A stretch of DNA of 61,993 bases from NCBI GenBank assembly GCA_964564595.1, contig CAZMCA010000003.1:1-61993 (forward strand), read 5' to 3'. Both the position numbers and the translations under genes were made by a program. The notes under the pieces are model-generated. The model ran no database searches. It had not been told where the DNA came from and saw nothing but the letters and a program-made list of their open reading frames with translations. Shown piece by piece: positions 9,779 to 18,552 of the stretch; the stretch's first letter is position 1; each line of letters starts with the position of its first letter. The stretch comes from an uncultured Caulobacteraceae bacterium (GTDB taxonomy: Bacteria; Pseudomonadota; Alphaproteobacteria; Caulobacterales; Aquidulcibacteraceae).

Positions 9779-10659
9779 GGTACCGCATCCGCACGGTCGC
9801 TGCCGCGCATTACGATGATGCGGCGCCCTTTGGCCGGCACTTGCTGCGTGTGAGGCCGCGCGGCGACATGGGCCAAGTGCTGCATGAAGCCGCGATCGAG
9901 ATCGCGCCCGAACCTGGCGAGCGGGAAGACGGCGTCGATTTTTTCGGCAACAGCACGACGTGGCTCACGATCGAGCGTCCGCACGAAAGCTTTGTGGTGC
10001 GCACACACGCGCAAGTGAGCGTGCCGTTTGCGCCGGAAACGCCCGCGGATTCGACGCCGCGCTGCGACGTGCTGCGCGCGGAGGCGCTGACGCACGCTTC
10101 GCTCGATCCGCTGGCGCCGGCGCATTTTCTGTTCGCCAGCCGCATCGTGCGCGCGAGCGATGCGATCACCGCCTTCGCTGCGCCGAGCTTTGCGGACGAT
10201 GCGCCGATCCTCTCGGCCGCGCTCCACTTCATGTGGCGCATCCACAATGAGTTCGCCTACGATTCAGATGCAACCGACGTCGATACGCGGCCGGAAGCGG
10301 CGTTCGCGGCGCGGCGCGGCGTCTGCCAGGACTTTGCGCATGTGATGATCGCCGGGATGCGCGGGCTTGGCCTGCCGGCCGCGTATGTGAGCGGGTTCTT
10401 GCGCACGCTGCCCCCGCCCGGACAGCCGCGCCTTGAAGGCGCGGACGCGACGCATGCGTGGGTCGCGGTGTGGTGCGGCGGAGAGGTTGGATGGGTCGGC
10501 CTCGATCCGACCAACGACATGCGGGCGGGCGCAGATCACGTCGTGATCGCGATCGGGCGGGACTACGCCGATGTCGCGCCCGAAAGCGGCATCGTGCTGA
10601 CTTACGGGCCGCAGCGGCTGGACGTGGCTGTGGATGTGGCGCCCTCCGCCGAGGGCTAG
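9775..10659 (+). CDS. transglutaminase family protein (Bact_transglu_N + transglutaminase core)
   Basis: Catalytic Cys context 'RRGVCQDFAHVM', His 'ATHAWVAVW' and Asp 'GLDPTN'. ATGA overlap with the upstream ATP-grasp/alpha-E gene. Confidence 0.85.
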   Translation: MRYRIRTVAAAHYDDAAPFGRHLLRVRPRGDMGQVLHEAAIEIAPEPGEREDGVDFFGNSTTWLTIERPHESFVVRTHAQVSVPFAPETPADSTPRCDVLRAEALTHASLDPLAPAHFLFASRIVRASDAITAFAAPSFADDAPILSAALHFMWRIHNEFAYDSDATDVDTRPEAAFAARRGVCQDFAHVMIAGMRGLGLPAAYVSGFLRTLPPPGQPRLEGADATHAWVAVWCGGEVGWVGLDPTNDMRAGADHVVIAIGRDYADVAPESGIVLTYGPQRLDVAVDVAPSAEG

Positions 10660-10695
10660 CCGAATTTGTTGTGGTCCAAACGATTGGTGTTTTGT

Positions 10696-10716
10696 ATAGT
10701 TTGTGAGCAACCCAAT
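10696..10716. promoter_or_regulatory. AT-rich dyad family, site 1 (ATAGTTTGTGAGCAACCCAAT), upstream of the CoA-transferase gene
   Basis: 'GTATAGTTTGTGA' is identical over 13 nt to the reverse complement of site 2. The right arm is degenerate. It overlaps a TATAGT -10-like hexamer. Confidence 0.4.
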
Positions 10717-10746
10717 TAGGGGGCCCTGTTAGCAGGCGGACACCCG

Positions 10747-11937
10747 ATGAAGCCATTGGAAGGCGTGAAGGTTTTGGACTTGAGCCACGCGCTCTCGGGG
10801 CCGACCTGCACCCAGATGCTCGCCCTGCTCGGCGCGGACGTCGTGAAGATCGAACGTCCCGGCGTTGGAGACGATTTCCGGCACTACACAGAGCACGCGG
10901 GCCTGCCGGGCATGAGCGTCCCGTTCGCGGCGACGAACACTGGCAAGCGCTCGCTGACGCTCGACTTCAAGCACCCCCGCGCGCGCGAAGTGATCCATCG
11001 GCTCGCCAAGCAATCGGATCTGCTCGTGGAGAATTTCCGGCCGGGCGTGCCGAAGAAATTCGGGCTCGACTATGAGAGCCTGAAGGCTGTGAACCCAGGG
11101 CTCGTCTATTGCTCGATCAGCGGCTTTGGACAGACCGGCGCGTTCCGCGATTGGACGGCGTACGACCATATCGTGCAGGCGATGAGCGGCATCATGTGGA
11201 TGAGCGGCGAACCGGACGCTGGCCCGCTCAAGGTCGGCTTTCCGATGATCGACACATTCACCGGCTACATGGCGGTGATCGGCATTCTCGCGGCGCTGCG
11301 CAAACGCGATCTCACGGGCGAGGGCGATTTCGTGGATGTCGCAATGCTCGACAGCGCGTTCAAGCTGATGGGCGGTTCGCTCTCGACGTATTTCTATTCC
11401 GGCGAGATGCCCAAGCGCGCCGGAAATCGCGGCTATCGCCTGGTCGCGACAGCGGACATTTATCAGACCGCCGATGGCTACATCGCGCTCGGCGCCAACC
11501 ACCAACATCAGATCGATGCGCTCTGCCGCGTGCTCGGCGACGAGACGCTGCTCGACGATCCGCGTTTCAAAACGCACAAGGATCGCGTTGAGAACTACGA
11601 AGCGCTGAGCAAGACGCTCGCGGATATGTTCATCAAGTTTCCAGGCGCAGAGCTCGAAGCGAAGCTTTCCAGCGCGCAGGTGCCGGTTTCGATCGTGCGG
11701 GATATGGCGCAGATCACGGCGCATCCGCATTTCGATGAGCGCAAAGTGTTTCTCGATGCGCAGATGCCGGGCGCTGCCGAACCGCTGAAGGTTGTCGGCC
11801 CCGGCTTTCAGATGGCGAACGCCGAGATCGAGGCCGGCGCTGTGCCGACGCTTGGCCAGCACACGGACGATGTGCTGAAGGGCCTCGGCTTCACCGCGAG
11901 TGAAATCGCATCGCTCCGCGCAGAGGGCGCGGTCTAG
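10747..11937 (+). CDS. CoA-transferase family III (CaiB/BaiF) protein
   Basis: 'LEGVKVLDLSHALSGPTCTQMLALLGADVVKIERP' is the canonical family III N-terminus. 396 aa. Confidence 0.9.
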   Translation: MKPLEGVKVLDLSHALSGPTCTQMLALLGADVVKIERPGVGDDFRHYTEHAGLPGMSVPFAATNTGKRSLTLDFKHPRAREVIHRLAKQSDLLVENFRPGVPKKFGLDYESLKAVNPGLVYCSISGFGQTGAFRDWTAYDHIVQAMSGIMWMSGEPDAGPLKVGFPMIDTFTGYMAVIGILAALRKRDLTGEGDFVDVAMLDSAFKLMGGSLSTYFYSGEMPKRAGNRGYRLVATADIYQTADGYIALGANHQHQIDALCRVLGDETLLDDPRFKTHKDRVENYEALSKTLADMFIKFPGAELEAKLSSAQVPVSIVRDMAQITAHPHFDERKVFLDAQMPGAAEPLKVVGPGFQMANAEIEAGAVPTLGQHTDDVLKGLGFTASEIASLRAEGAV

Positions 11938-13880
11938 AAGTCGGTCGCGAGCGTCGCGACGATGCCGCGCGGATTGTTCACGTAGAGCGCGCCGGACGAC
12001 AGCACTTGCCACGCGAATGCGTCCGCGACGTTCGTGACCTGCAGTCGCAACGTGTTGTGGCGCCCGCCGACTTCAAAGCGATAACGCATGCCCAGATCGA
12101 GCGTGGTGAACTCTTCCGTCATGAGCTGCTCGTTGCCAAGCTCCGCGAACGTGCGTGACGTTGCCGCGCGTGGGCCAGAATAGTTGAGCGCGGCGTCGAC
12201 CGAGAGCCCCTCGATCCACGGCGTGCGGTAGTCGAAGTTGAGACGCACGGTTGTTTCTGTTTGCCCCACAGGGCGATCGCCGATGAGGCCGTTCGTAACA
12301 GCTTCGCCTTCGACGACCGGCTCCATCAGCACGACGCCGGCGATGACGTTGAGCCGATCCGTCACCGCGCCGCTGAGCGAAATCTCCGCGCCGCGGTGCC
12401 GCTCATCGCCGAGCTGACGATAGACGCGCGCGCTGTCGAGATTGAAGTACGGCTTCTCGATATCGAAATAACCCGCCACGAGCCGCAAGCGCGGCGTGAT
12501 CGCGTAGCGGAGTCCGAAATCGATTTGCTCGGTGCGGATCGCAGGCGGCGTTTCTTGCGCATTGACCGCGATTTCGGGCGCGATCGGGCTTTCTTCGAGG
12601 CCTTGCGTGAAGCTGCCATAGAGCGCGAGACGGCGTGAGAGCGTGATCGCGAGCGTTGCGTTCGGGATCAGCGGATCGTCCGTCGTCACCACGGGCGCGA
12701 GGCCCGGCGTGGTGACGGTTTTTTCGTAGTCGATCTGCTGGACGCCGATGCTGGCTTCGCCAACGCCGCGCCAAGTGAGCTGATACGCCAGACCACCAGA
12801 AAACTGCGTCACCTCATCGAAGGAGGAAACGCCATACGTCCACGCCGGCTGCGGCATTACCGTGCGCTCGCCGATCTGCGCGGGGCCGAAGTTGCGGATC
12901 GAAGCGCCGCCGAAATTGCGCCGCCCTTCACGCCCGCGCACGGATGCATGGATGGTGTGGCGAAGATCTTCGCCGCTCCAAACGCCGGTGAGGCGCGCTT
13001 CGCCGGAAAGGCTGCGCTGCTCGTTGAGCGGCTCATCGGTGAAGCGGTGCGTGGCGGCGAGGCCTGCGCGATCGACGTTGAGATAGAGATCGCCGATGCC
13101 GCCTTCGCTGCCGTTGTTGTGCCGGAAGAGGCCCGCGTTCAGCGTGACGTGCTCGGTGATCGGCGTGGTTGCGCGCACGCCGTAGGATTCGATGTAGCCA
13201 TCGACGCCCGTCCAGTCCTGCGCAAAGCCGCTGGCTTCGATTTCCGGCGGAAGATACGCGCCTGCCGTGAAGAGATAGGGCGTGGCCTTATCATCGAGGC
13301 GCCGGCCATAGCCGTAGAACGGCGTGACCTCGACGCCGGGCGCGGGCCGCCAGCGCGAGACGATGCCAAGCCCCCACGGATAGACCGACTCTTCGGGAAT
13401 GAATTCTTCGACGCGATAGAAGAACCCGGCGGAGACGCCGAGTTTTTGCGGAATGATGCGCGCTTCAAGATCGAGTTCGACGGAATAAGCGTCGTGCGGG
13501 CCCGCTTGCAGCACGGTGGAGACGGCGTTGCGGTCGCGCACGGCGCGCAGCGTGTAATCGCTGATGCCGGTGGGCGCGGGGAACGGATAGCTTTGCGCGG
13601 AGAGACCGACGCGCACCTGCGTGCCCGCGACGAGACGCGAAGGCACGTTGGAGCGCATGTCGAAATACATGCCCTCAAGGCGCACATTGCCGGCGGCGAT
13701 CGGGCTGAAGCCGCGCGCGTCACGATCGTTGTAGAGCCCAACGCGTTCGTTGCCGACGCTGGCGCCAAACGCATCGTCAGCGCTGCGCACGGCGTTTTCG
13801 TTGGCGCGCTGCGCATAGGCGTCCTGCGCGCATGCAAGCGCCGCAGCCGCCACAGTGAGCGCTAAAGCGCGCGCGCCCAT
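11934..13880 (-). CDS. TonB-dependent receptor-like outer membrane protein
   Basis: Signal peptide ending 'AQDAYAQ', beta-rich sequence and a terminal aromatic '...LATDF'. The start is taken at the ATG with a GGGGGAGA SD. The longer track start (13958) would run through a GC hairpin. Confidence 0.75.
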   Translation of the reverse strand: MGARALALTVAAAALACAQDAYAQRANENAVRSADDAFGASVGNERVGLYNDRDARGFSPIAAGNVRLEGMYFDMRSNVPSRLVAGTQVRVGLSAQSYPFPAPTGISDYTLRAVRDRNAVSTVLQAGPHDAYSVELDLEARIIPQKLGVSAGFFYRVEEFIPEESVYPWGLGIVSRWRPAPGVEVTPFYGYGRRLDDKATPYLFTAGAYLPPEIEASGFAQDWTGVDGYIESYGVRATTPITEHVTLNAGLFRHNNGSEGGIGDLYLNVDRAGLAATHRFTDEPLNEQRSLSGEARLTGVWSGEDLRHTIHASVRGREGRRNFGGASIRNFGPAQIGERTVMPQPAWTYGVSSFDEVTQFSGGLAYQLTWRGVGEASIGVQQIDYEKTVTTPGLAPVVTTDDPLIPNATLAITLSRRLALYGSFTQGLEESPIAPEIAVNAQETPPAIRTEQIDFGLRYAITPRLRLVAGYFDIEKPYFNLDSARVYRQLGDERHRGAEISLSGAVTDRLNVIAGVVLMEPVVEGEAVTNGLIGDRPVGQTETTVRLNFDYRTPWIEGLSVDAALNYSGPRAATSRTFAELGNEQLMTEEFTTLDLGMRYRFEVGGRHNTLRLQVTNVADAFAWQVLSSGALYVNNPRGIVATLATDF

Positions 13881-13993
13881 ACCGTCTCCCCCCGCTTGTC
13901 GTTCGGGGAACGCTGCCTGCAAATCCGTGTATATGCAAGTCTCGTACGGCGCGCGCAAACGCGCGCGCGCCGAGGTGTGACTTGGCCGCCGCG

Positions 13994-15430
13994 CTAGGGC
14001 GCTTTGGGTTGCGGCGGCGGCTCGTGGAGAATGTCCGAACCGGTCATGCTCTCGAGGATCGGCGCTTGCTCGAGCATCGCATCGCGCTGTTCGAGGTCGC
14101 GTCGAATTTCTTCGTGGCGTTTATCATCGAGCCCGTAGCCGATGAAGCAGGCGCCGCCGAGCATCACGAACACGATCGGCCCAAGCAGATAGACCCAGAA
14201 GAGCCCGTTGACGGCTTCAGGCGTGTTGGCCGCGCCTTCCTGCGCGTTGTACCCGACCCAAGCGAGCACCGCGAAGGTGAGCATGATCGAAACGGCGCCC
14301 GCGATCTTCTGCGTGCTGGTAATGAGCGCGTAGAGCAGCCCGACGCGCTGTTTGTTCTGCTCCAGGCGAATGAGATCGCCGACATCGGCCGTCATCGCGC
14401 GCGTCAGCAGCGAGAAACCGACAGCCGCGCCGCCAAGCGTGAACATCAGGATCGCCGTTGGCCAGAACTCGCCGCGCGGCAACAACGGCAGCACGATGAG
14501 CCCGAGCGAATAGAGCGTGCTCGCGCCCATCAGGGTGCGGTGCTTGGAGAACATCTCGGCAAGCCGCCCGAGCACGATCGCGCCGATAATACCCGCGAAA
14601 ATGTAGATCAACAGCAGGATGTTCGCTTCGTTCTGCGAGAACTGCAGGTAATCCACGAAGAAGAAGAGATAGAGCGCCGACATCCAGCCAGGCCCCATCG
14701 CAAGGCAGAAATCGGCAACGATCAGCCGCAGCATCGACGGCTCGACGATCAGATCCCAATATTCCTTGAGCTTGAAGCTCTCGCCCGGCGGCTGCGGCTC
14801 GATCTTCTCTGGCGTGCGAAGGATCGCGAGCACGATGGTGATCGGCGTTGCAATGATCATGAACCAGCCCATTGCGGGCACGTGGTTCGTCGAGCCCTCT
14901 CCGGGATTGAGGTTCGCGAGAAAGATCGGCGCGAGCAGCACGGCCGTGGCGCCGACGACGCCGAGCGCCTGCAGAATGCCAAAGAGGCGCGAACGTTCAT
15001 TGTATTTCGGCGCCAGCACCGAGGCCCAGGACGAATGCGACAGCGCGATGATCGAGAGGCCCGCATAAAGGATCAGCAGCCAGAAGATCATGTAGAGCTG
15101 ATCGACGCCCTCCTGCGCCATGAACAGCATGTAGATGCCGATCATGAAGAGCGGCCCGCCGGCGATCAGCCAGACCCGGTAGCGCCCGAACGCCGTGCGC
15201 GTCTTGTCCATCACGAGGCCAAGGAACGGATCGAACACGATGTCGATCATCCGCACGATGCCGAACGCCGCGCCGACCGTGGCGAGCGAGAGCCCCAAAT
15301 GGCTCGCGTAGTGGCGCGGTAGGTAAACGGACATCGCCAGCGCAAGGGCGCCGACAAGGAGGTTTGGGAGGGAGAACAGGACCGCGCCCCCGAGCGGGAA
15401 CGAGTATTTGGGTTGCGGCTGAGACGTCAT
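13994..15430 (-). CDS. MFS transporter, glycoside-pentoside-hexuronide (GPH) cation symporter family
   Basis: About 12 hydrophobic segments. GPH signature region 'RMIDIVFDPFLGLVMDKTRTAFGRYRVW'. AGGGAG SD. Confidence 0.8.
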   Translation of the reverse strand: MTSQPQPKYSFPLGGAVLFSLPNLLVGALALAMSVYLPRHYASHLGLSLATVGAAFGIVRMIDIVFDPFLGLVMDKTRTAFGRYRVWLIAGGPLFMIGIYMLFMAQEGVDQLYMIFWLLILYAGLSIIALSHSSWASVLAPKYNERSRLFGILQALGVVGATAVLLAPIFLANLNPGEGSTNHVPAMGWFMIIATPITIVLAILRTPEKIEPQPPGESFKLKEYWDLIVEPSMLRLIVADFCLAMGPGWMSALYLFFFVDYLQFSQNEANILLLIYIFAGIIGAIVLGRLAEMFSKHRTLMGASTLYSLGLIVLPLLPRGEFWPTAILMFTLGGAAVGFSLLTRAMTADVGDLIRLEQNKQRVGLLYALITSTQKIAGAVSIMLTFAVLAWVGYNAQEGAANTPEAVNGLFWVYLLGPIVFVMLGGACFIGYGLDDKRHEEIRRDLEQRDAMLEQAPILESMTGSDILHEPPPQPKAP

Positions 15431-15571
15431 GGGACTCCCTAAGGTGGCTTATCGGCCCGCCGGCCACGCGTTCTCCGCCGCGTGGTTCCATTCTCGGGCG
15501 CCGCCGCGCGCCTGTCCATGAGCTTGGCCATCGCCGCCCGCTCACGAACGCGCCAGCCCCGCCGCCGGGGC

Positions 15572-15591
15572 TCTAGAATGACCTTTCTAGA
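15572..15591. promoter_or_regulatory. perfect inverted repeat TCTAGAA-N6-TTCTAGA upstream of the phasin gene (candidate operator)
   Basis: AT-rich 7+7 bp perfect dyad in GC-rich DNA, about 50 nt upstream of the phasin ATG at 15643. Confidence 0.5.
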
Positions 15592-15642
15592 CGTTCGGGC
15601 GTAGGGATGGCCGCAACGGAAATCCGCTGGAGACACCACCCA

Positions 15643-16107
15643 ATGCCCGCCGCAAAGAAGACTGCCCCGAAAACCGCCGCCCCCGCTGCCGCCACTGAAG
15701 ACACCGCCCGCCGCATTTGGCTGGCCGGCGTGGGCGCCTATGGCCGCCTCTTCCAGGAAGCCCAAGGCCAGGTCGAGAAGGTCGCCGGCACGGCGAACGA
15801 AGCGTTCGACCAGCTCGTTGCCCGCGGCGAAGCCGTCGAGCACCTCGTGCGCGCCAAGATCGCCGAAAACGAAACCGCGCAGAAGGTCGCCGGCGTCGTT
15901 GAGCAGATCGGCGATTTCCGCGCCGAGCGCCGCGCTGCCCTCGAAGCGCGTGTCGAAACCGTCCGCAAGGCTGTCGGTGAAACCATCGCGCCGTTCAACC
16001 CGCTCGCGCTGATGAAGACGGTGCAGACGCTGCAAACCCGCGTCGATGCGCTGGAAGCTGAAGTCGCGCGCCTGAAGCGCCCCGCGCGTAAGACGGCGAA
16101 GGCCTAA
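15643..16107 (+). CDS. PHA granule-associated protein (phasin), PhaF/PhaI N-terminal-domain type
   Basis: 'RRIWLAGVGAYGRLFQE...DQLVARGE' matches the conserved N-terminal region of Pseudomonas PhaF/PhaI as I recall it ('KIWLAGLGIYSK'). GGAGA SD before the ATG at 15643. The track ORF starts at 15607. Confidence 0.75.
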   Translation: MPAAKKTAPKTAAPAAATEDTARRIWLAGVGAYGRLFQEAQGQVEKVAGTANEAFDQLVARGEAVEHLVRAKIAENETAQKVAGVVEQIGDFRAERRAALEARVETVRKAVGETIAPFNPLALMKTVQTLQTRVDALEAEVARLKRPARKTAKA

Positions 16108-16691
16108 GCCCGCGCCAGCGCCGCGACCGGAGCCATCACTTCGGCGGCGGCGCGCGCGATGCGCGCCTTGGCCGCTTCGTCCGCGCCTTCGAGATCGAGC
16201 TGTGTCAGCTTGAACCCGAGGCCGAGGGCGATCGTGCGAGAAAGCCCGTCAATCATGTTTGCATCAATCACGCCGTTCGCGGCGAGGCACGCAAGCATGT
16301 GCGCAGCGCCCGCTTCGAACGCCGCGAACACACGCGCGTAGCGAACAGCAAGACCCGGGAAAAGCGCCGCAAGCGCGCCCGCCTCGCGGAACAGGAACCG
16401 CACGTCATGGGCCTCTTCCATCAGGATATGGACATGCACCGCCATCGTCTCGACGCTGGCGTTCGCGCCTTCCATCTCGCCGCACGCAGCTTCGAGCACG
16501 AGCGCAAGCTCGCTCTCATACACATCGAACAAGGCGGCCACGATCTCGGCCTTGCCCTTGAAGTGGTAGTAGAGATGGCCGGGGCTGATGCCGAGCGCTG
16601 ACGCGATATCGACCGCGCTCGCGGACGCCGCGCCCTCTTCGTTGAAGAGGTCGAGCGCGCCGGCCAAAATCCGGTCCTTGATGCTCGCCAC
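16104..16691 (-). CDS. phaD: TetR family transcriptional regulator, PhaD-like
   Basis: 'KDRILAGALDLFNEEGAASASAVDIASALGISPGHLYYHFKGK' closely parallels the Pseudomonas PhaD N-terminus. GTG start at 16691 is preceded by a GAGGGGAG SD. The alternative ATG at 16733 has no SD, and the track ORF start at 16985 is an over-extension. Confidence 0.75.
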   Translation of the reverse strand: MASIKDRILAGALDLFNEEGAASASAVDIASALGISPGHLYYHFKGKAEIVAALFDVYESELALVLEAACGEMEGANASVETMAVHVHILMEEAHDVRFLFREAGALAALFPGLAVRYARVFAAFEAGAAHMLACLAANGVIDANMIDGLSRTIALGLGFKLTQLDLEGADEAAKARIARAAAEVMAPVAALARA

Positions 16692-16827
16692 GGGGCTCCC
16701 CTCGGCCGCGCTCTCGCCTGAACCGAAGCGCATTGACTTAGACGCATACGGCGCAGCACCGTTCCTCATCTTGAACCGAAAAGGCGAAACTGGGCGGCCA
16801 AAGACCCAGATCGCGGGGAGACGTCCG

Positions 16828-18552
16828 ATGGCCAAGGATAAGATCGATCTGGGCGCTGACGCGCCGGACAATGTCGTTGCGCTCAACCCGATCGTGGGCC
16901 TCGCGCGCGAAGACCTCGTCGGCGCCGTGGCCGTGATGTTGCGCGAAACGGCGGGCAAGCCGGTGACCGGCGCCAAGCACCTCAAGTCGTTCGGCGAAGA
17001 CGTGCTGAAGATCGTTCAGGACAAATCGGAACTGGCGCCCAACCCGCGCGACAAGCGCTTCCTCGACTCCACGTGGCGCACGAACCGCTTCTACAAGGCG
17101 AGCATGCAATATTACCTCGCCGTCCAGAAAGGCGTGGACGGGTGGATGAAGGATTTGCACCTCGACGAACTCGAGCGCGCGCGCGCCAATTTCGTCGTCT
17201 CGATGCTGATGGATTCGATCTCGCCGACGAACACGCTGATCGGCAATCCTTCCGCGATCAAGAAAGCATTCGAGACCGGCGGCGGCTCGCTCATCCGCGG
17301 CCTCAAGAACGCCTACACCGACATTACCGAGAACGATGGCCTGGTGAGCCAGGTCGATAAGCGCCCGTTCAAGATCGGCGAGAACGTCGCGGTCTCGAAG
17401 GGCGCGGTCGTGCATCGCACAGAGATGATGGAGCTGATCCAGTATCAGCCGACCACGCCGGACGTGCACAAGATTCCGCTGCTGATCATCCCGCCGCAGA
17501 TCAACAAATTCTACGTGAACGATCTGACGCCGGAAAAGAGCATCGTGAAGTTCCTGCTCGAAGCAGGCATTCAGGTGTTCGTCGTCAGCTGGCGCAACCC
17601 GGAGGCCGAGCACCGCGACTGGGGCCTCGGCGCCTATGTCGATCAGCTGATTGAAGCGACCGACGTGATCGCGCAGATCACCAAGACCAAGAAGATCAAC
17701 GTGTCGGGCGCGTGCTCGGGCGGGATCACGACCGCAACGCTTTTGTCGAAGCTCGCGGCTGCGGGCGACAAGCGCGTCAACTCCGTCGTGCTGATGGTGT
17801 GCGTGCTCGATCCGCGCGCGAACGATAGCGAAGTCGGCTCGCTCGTGTCGAAGAACGGCATCGAGATGGCGCGGCGGCGCTCCGCGAAGAAGGGCGTGCT
17901 GGAAGGCGCCTCGCTCGCGCGCACGTTCGCGTGGCTGCGGCCGAACGATCTGGTTTGGAACTACGTCGTCAACAATTACCTGCACGGCGAAGACCCGCCG
18001 CCGTTCGACGTGCTGTTCTGGAACAACGATTCCACGAACCTGCCCGCCGCGCTCCATTCGGATTATCTGCGCGTCTACGAAGAGCAGCCGTTCACACGGC
18101 CTGGCGAAGTCGAACTCGCAGGCCACAAGGTCGATCTCACGAAAGTCACGCAGGACACGTTCATCGTCGGCGGCGTGACCGATCACATCACGCCGTGGAA
18201 GGCGTGCTATCGCGCCACGCAGCTGCTGGGGTCGGAGAACATCGAGTTCATCCTCTCCCATAGCGGGCACATTCAGGCGCTGCTCAATCCGCCCGGCAAT
18301 CCGAAAGCGAAATATTATCGCAACACCAACAAGCCGCCGGCGGACGTCGATCAATGGATGATGGCGGGCGCGAGCGAGAATGCTGGTTCGTGGTGGCCGC
18401 TCTGGAAGGAATGGCTGGTCGCGCGCTCGGGCGAGACCAAGCCTGCGCCGAAGAGAGTCGGCTCCGTGAAATATCCGCCGGGCGATGCAGCGCCGGGGAA
18501 ATACGCGCTCTCGCCAAGCAAGGCGACGCGCCGCAAAAAGAAGACAGCATGA
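16828..18552 (+). CDS. phaC: class II (medium-chain-length) poly(3-hydroxyalkanoate) synthase
   Basis: Long blocks match Pseudomonas PhaC1 as I recall it: 'PPQINKFYVNDLTPEKS', 'VVSWRNPEAEHRDWGL', lipase box 'GACSGGIT', 'FAWLRPNDLVWNYVVNNYL', 'FWNNDSTNLPAA', 'TDHITPW' and 'SGHIQALLNPPGNPKA'. GGGGAGA SD before the ATG at 16828. Confidence 0.9.
   Translation: MAKDKIDLGADAPDNVVALNPIVGLAREDLVGAVAVMLRETAGKPVTGAKHLKSFGEDVLKIVQDKSELAPNPRDKRFLDSTWRTNRFYKASMQYYLAVQKGVDGWMKDLHLDELERARANFVVSMLMDSISPTNTLIGNPSAIKKAFETGGGSLIRGLKNAYTDITENDGLVSQVDKRPFKIGENVAVSKGAVVHRTEMMELIQYQPTTPDVHKIPLLIIPPQINKFYVNDLTPEKSIVKFLLEAGIQVFVVSWRNPEAEHRDWGLGAYVDQLIEATDVIAQITKTKKINVSGACSGGITTATLLSKLAAAGDKRVNSVVLMVCVLDPRANDSEVGSLVSKNGIEMARRRSAKKGVLEGASLARTFAWLRPNDLVWNYVVNNYLHGEDPPPFDVLFWNNDSTNLPAALHSDYLRVYEEQPFTRPGEVELAGHKVDLTKVTQDTFIVGGVTDHITPWKACYRATQLLGSENIEFILSHSGHIQALLNPPGNPKAKYYRNTNKPPADVDQWMMAGASENAGSWWPLWKEWLVARSGETKPAPKRVGSVKYPPGDAAPGKYALSPSKATRRKKKTA

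Noticed and set aside
13948-13971. GC-only hairpin GGCGCGCGC-AAAC-GCGCGCGCC between the MFS gene and the TonB receptor gene, considered as an intrinsic terminator
   Set aside because: No T-tract follows on the minus strand, so it is not a canonical terminator. I used it only as an argument against the longer receptor start at 13958.
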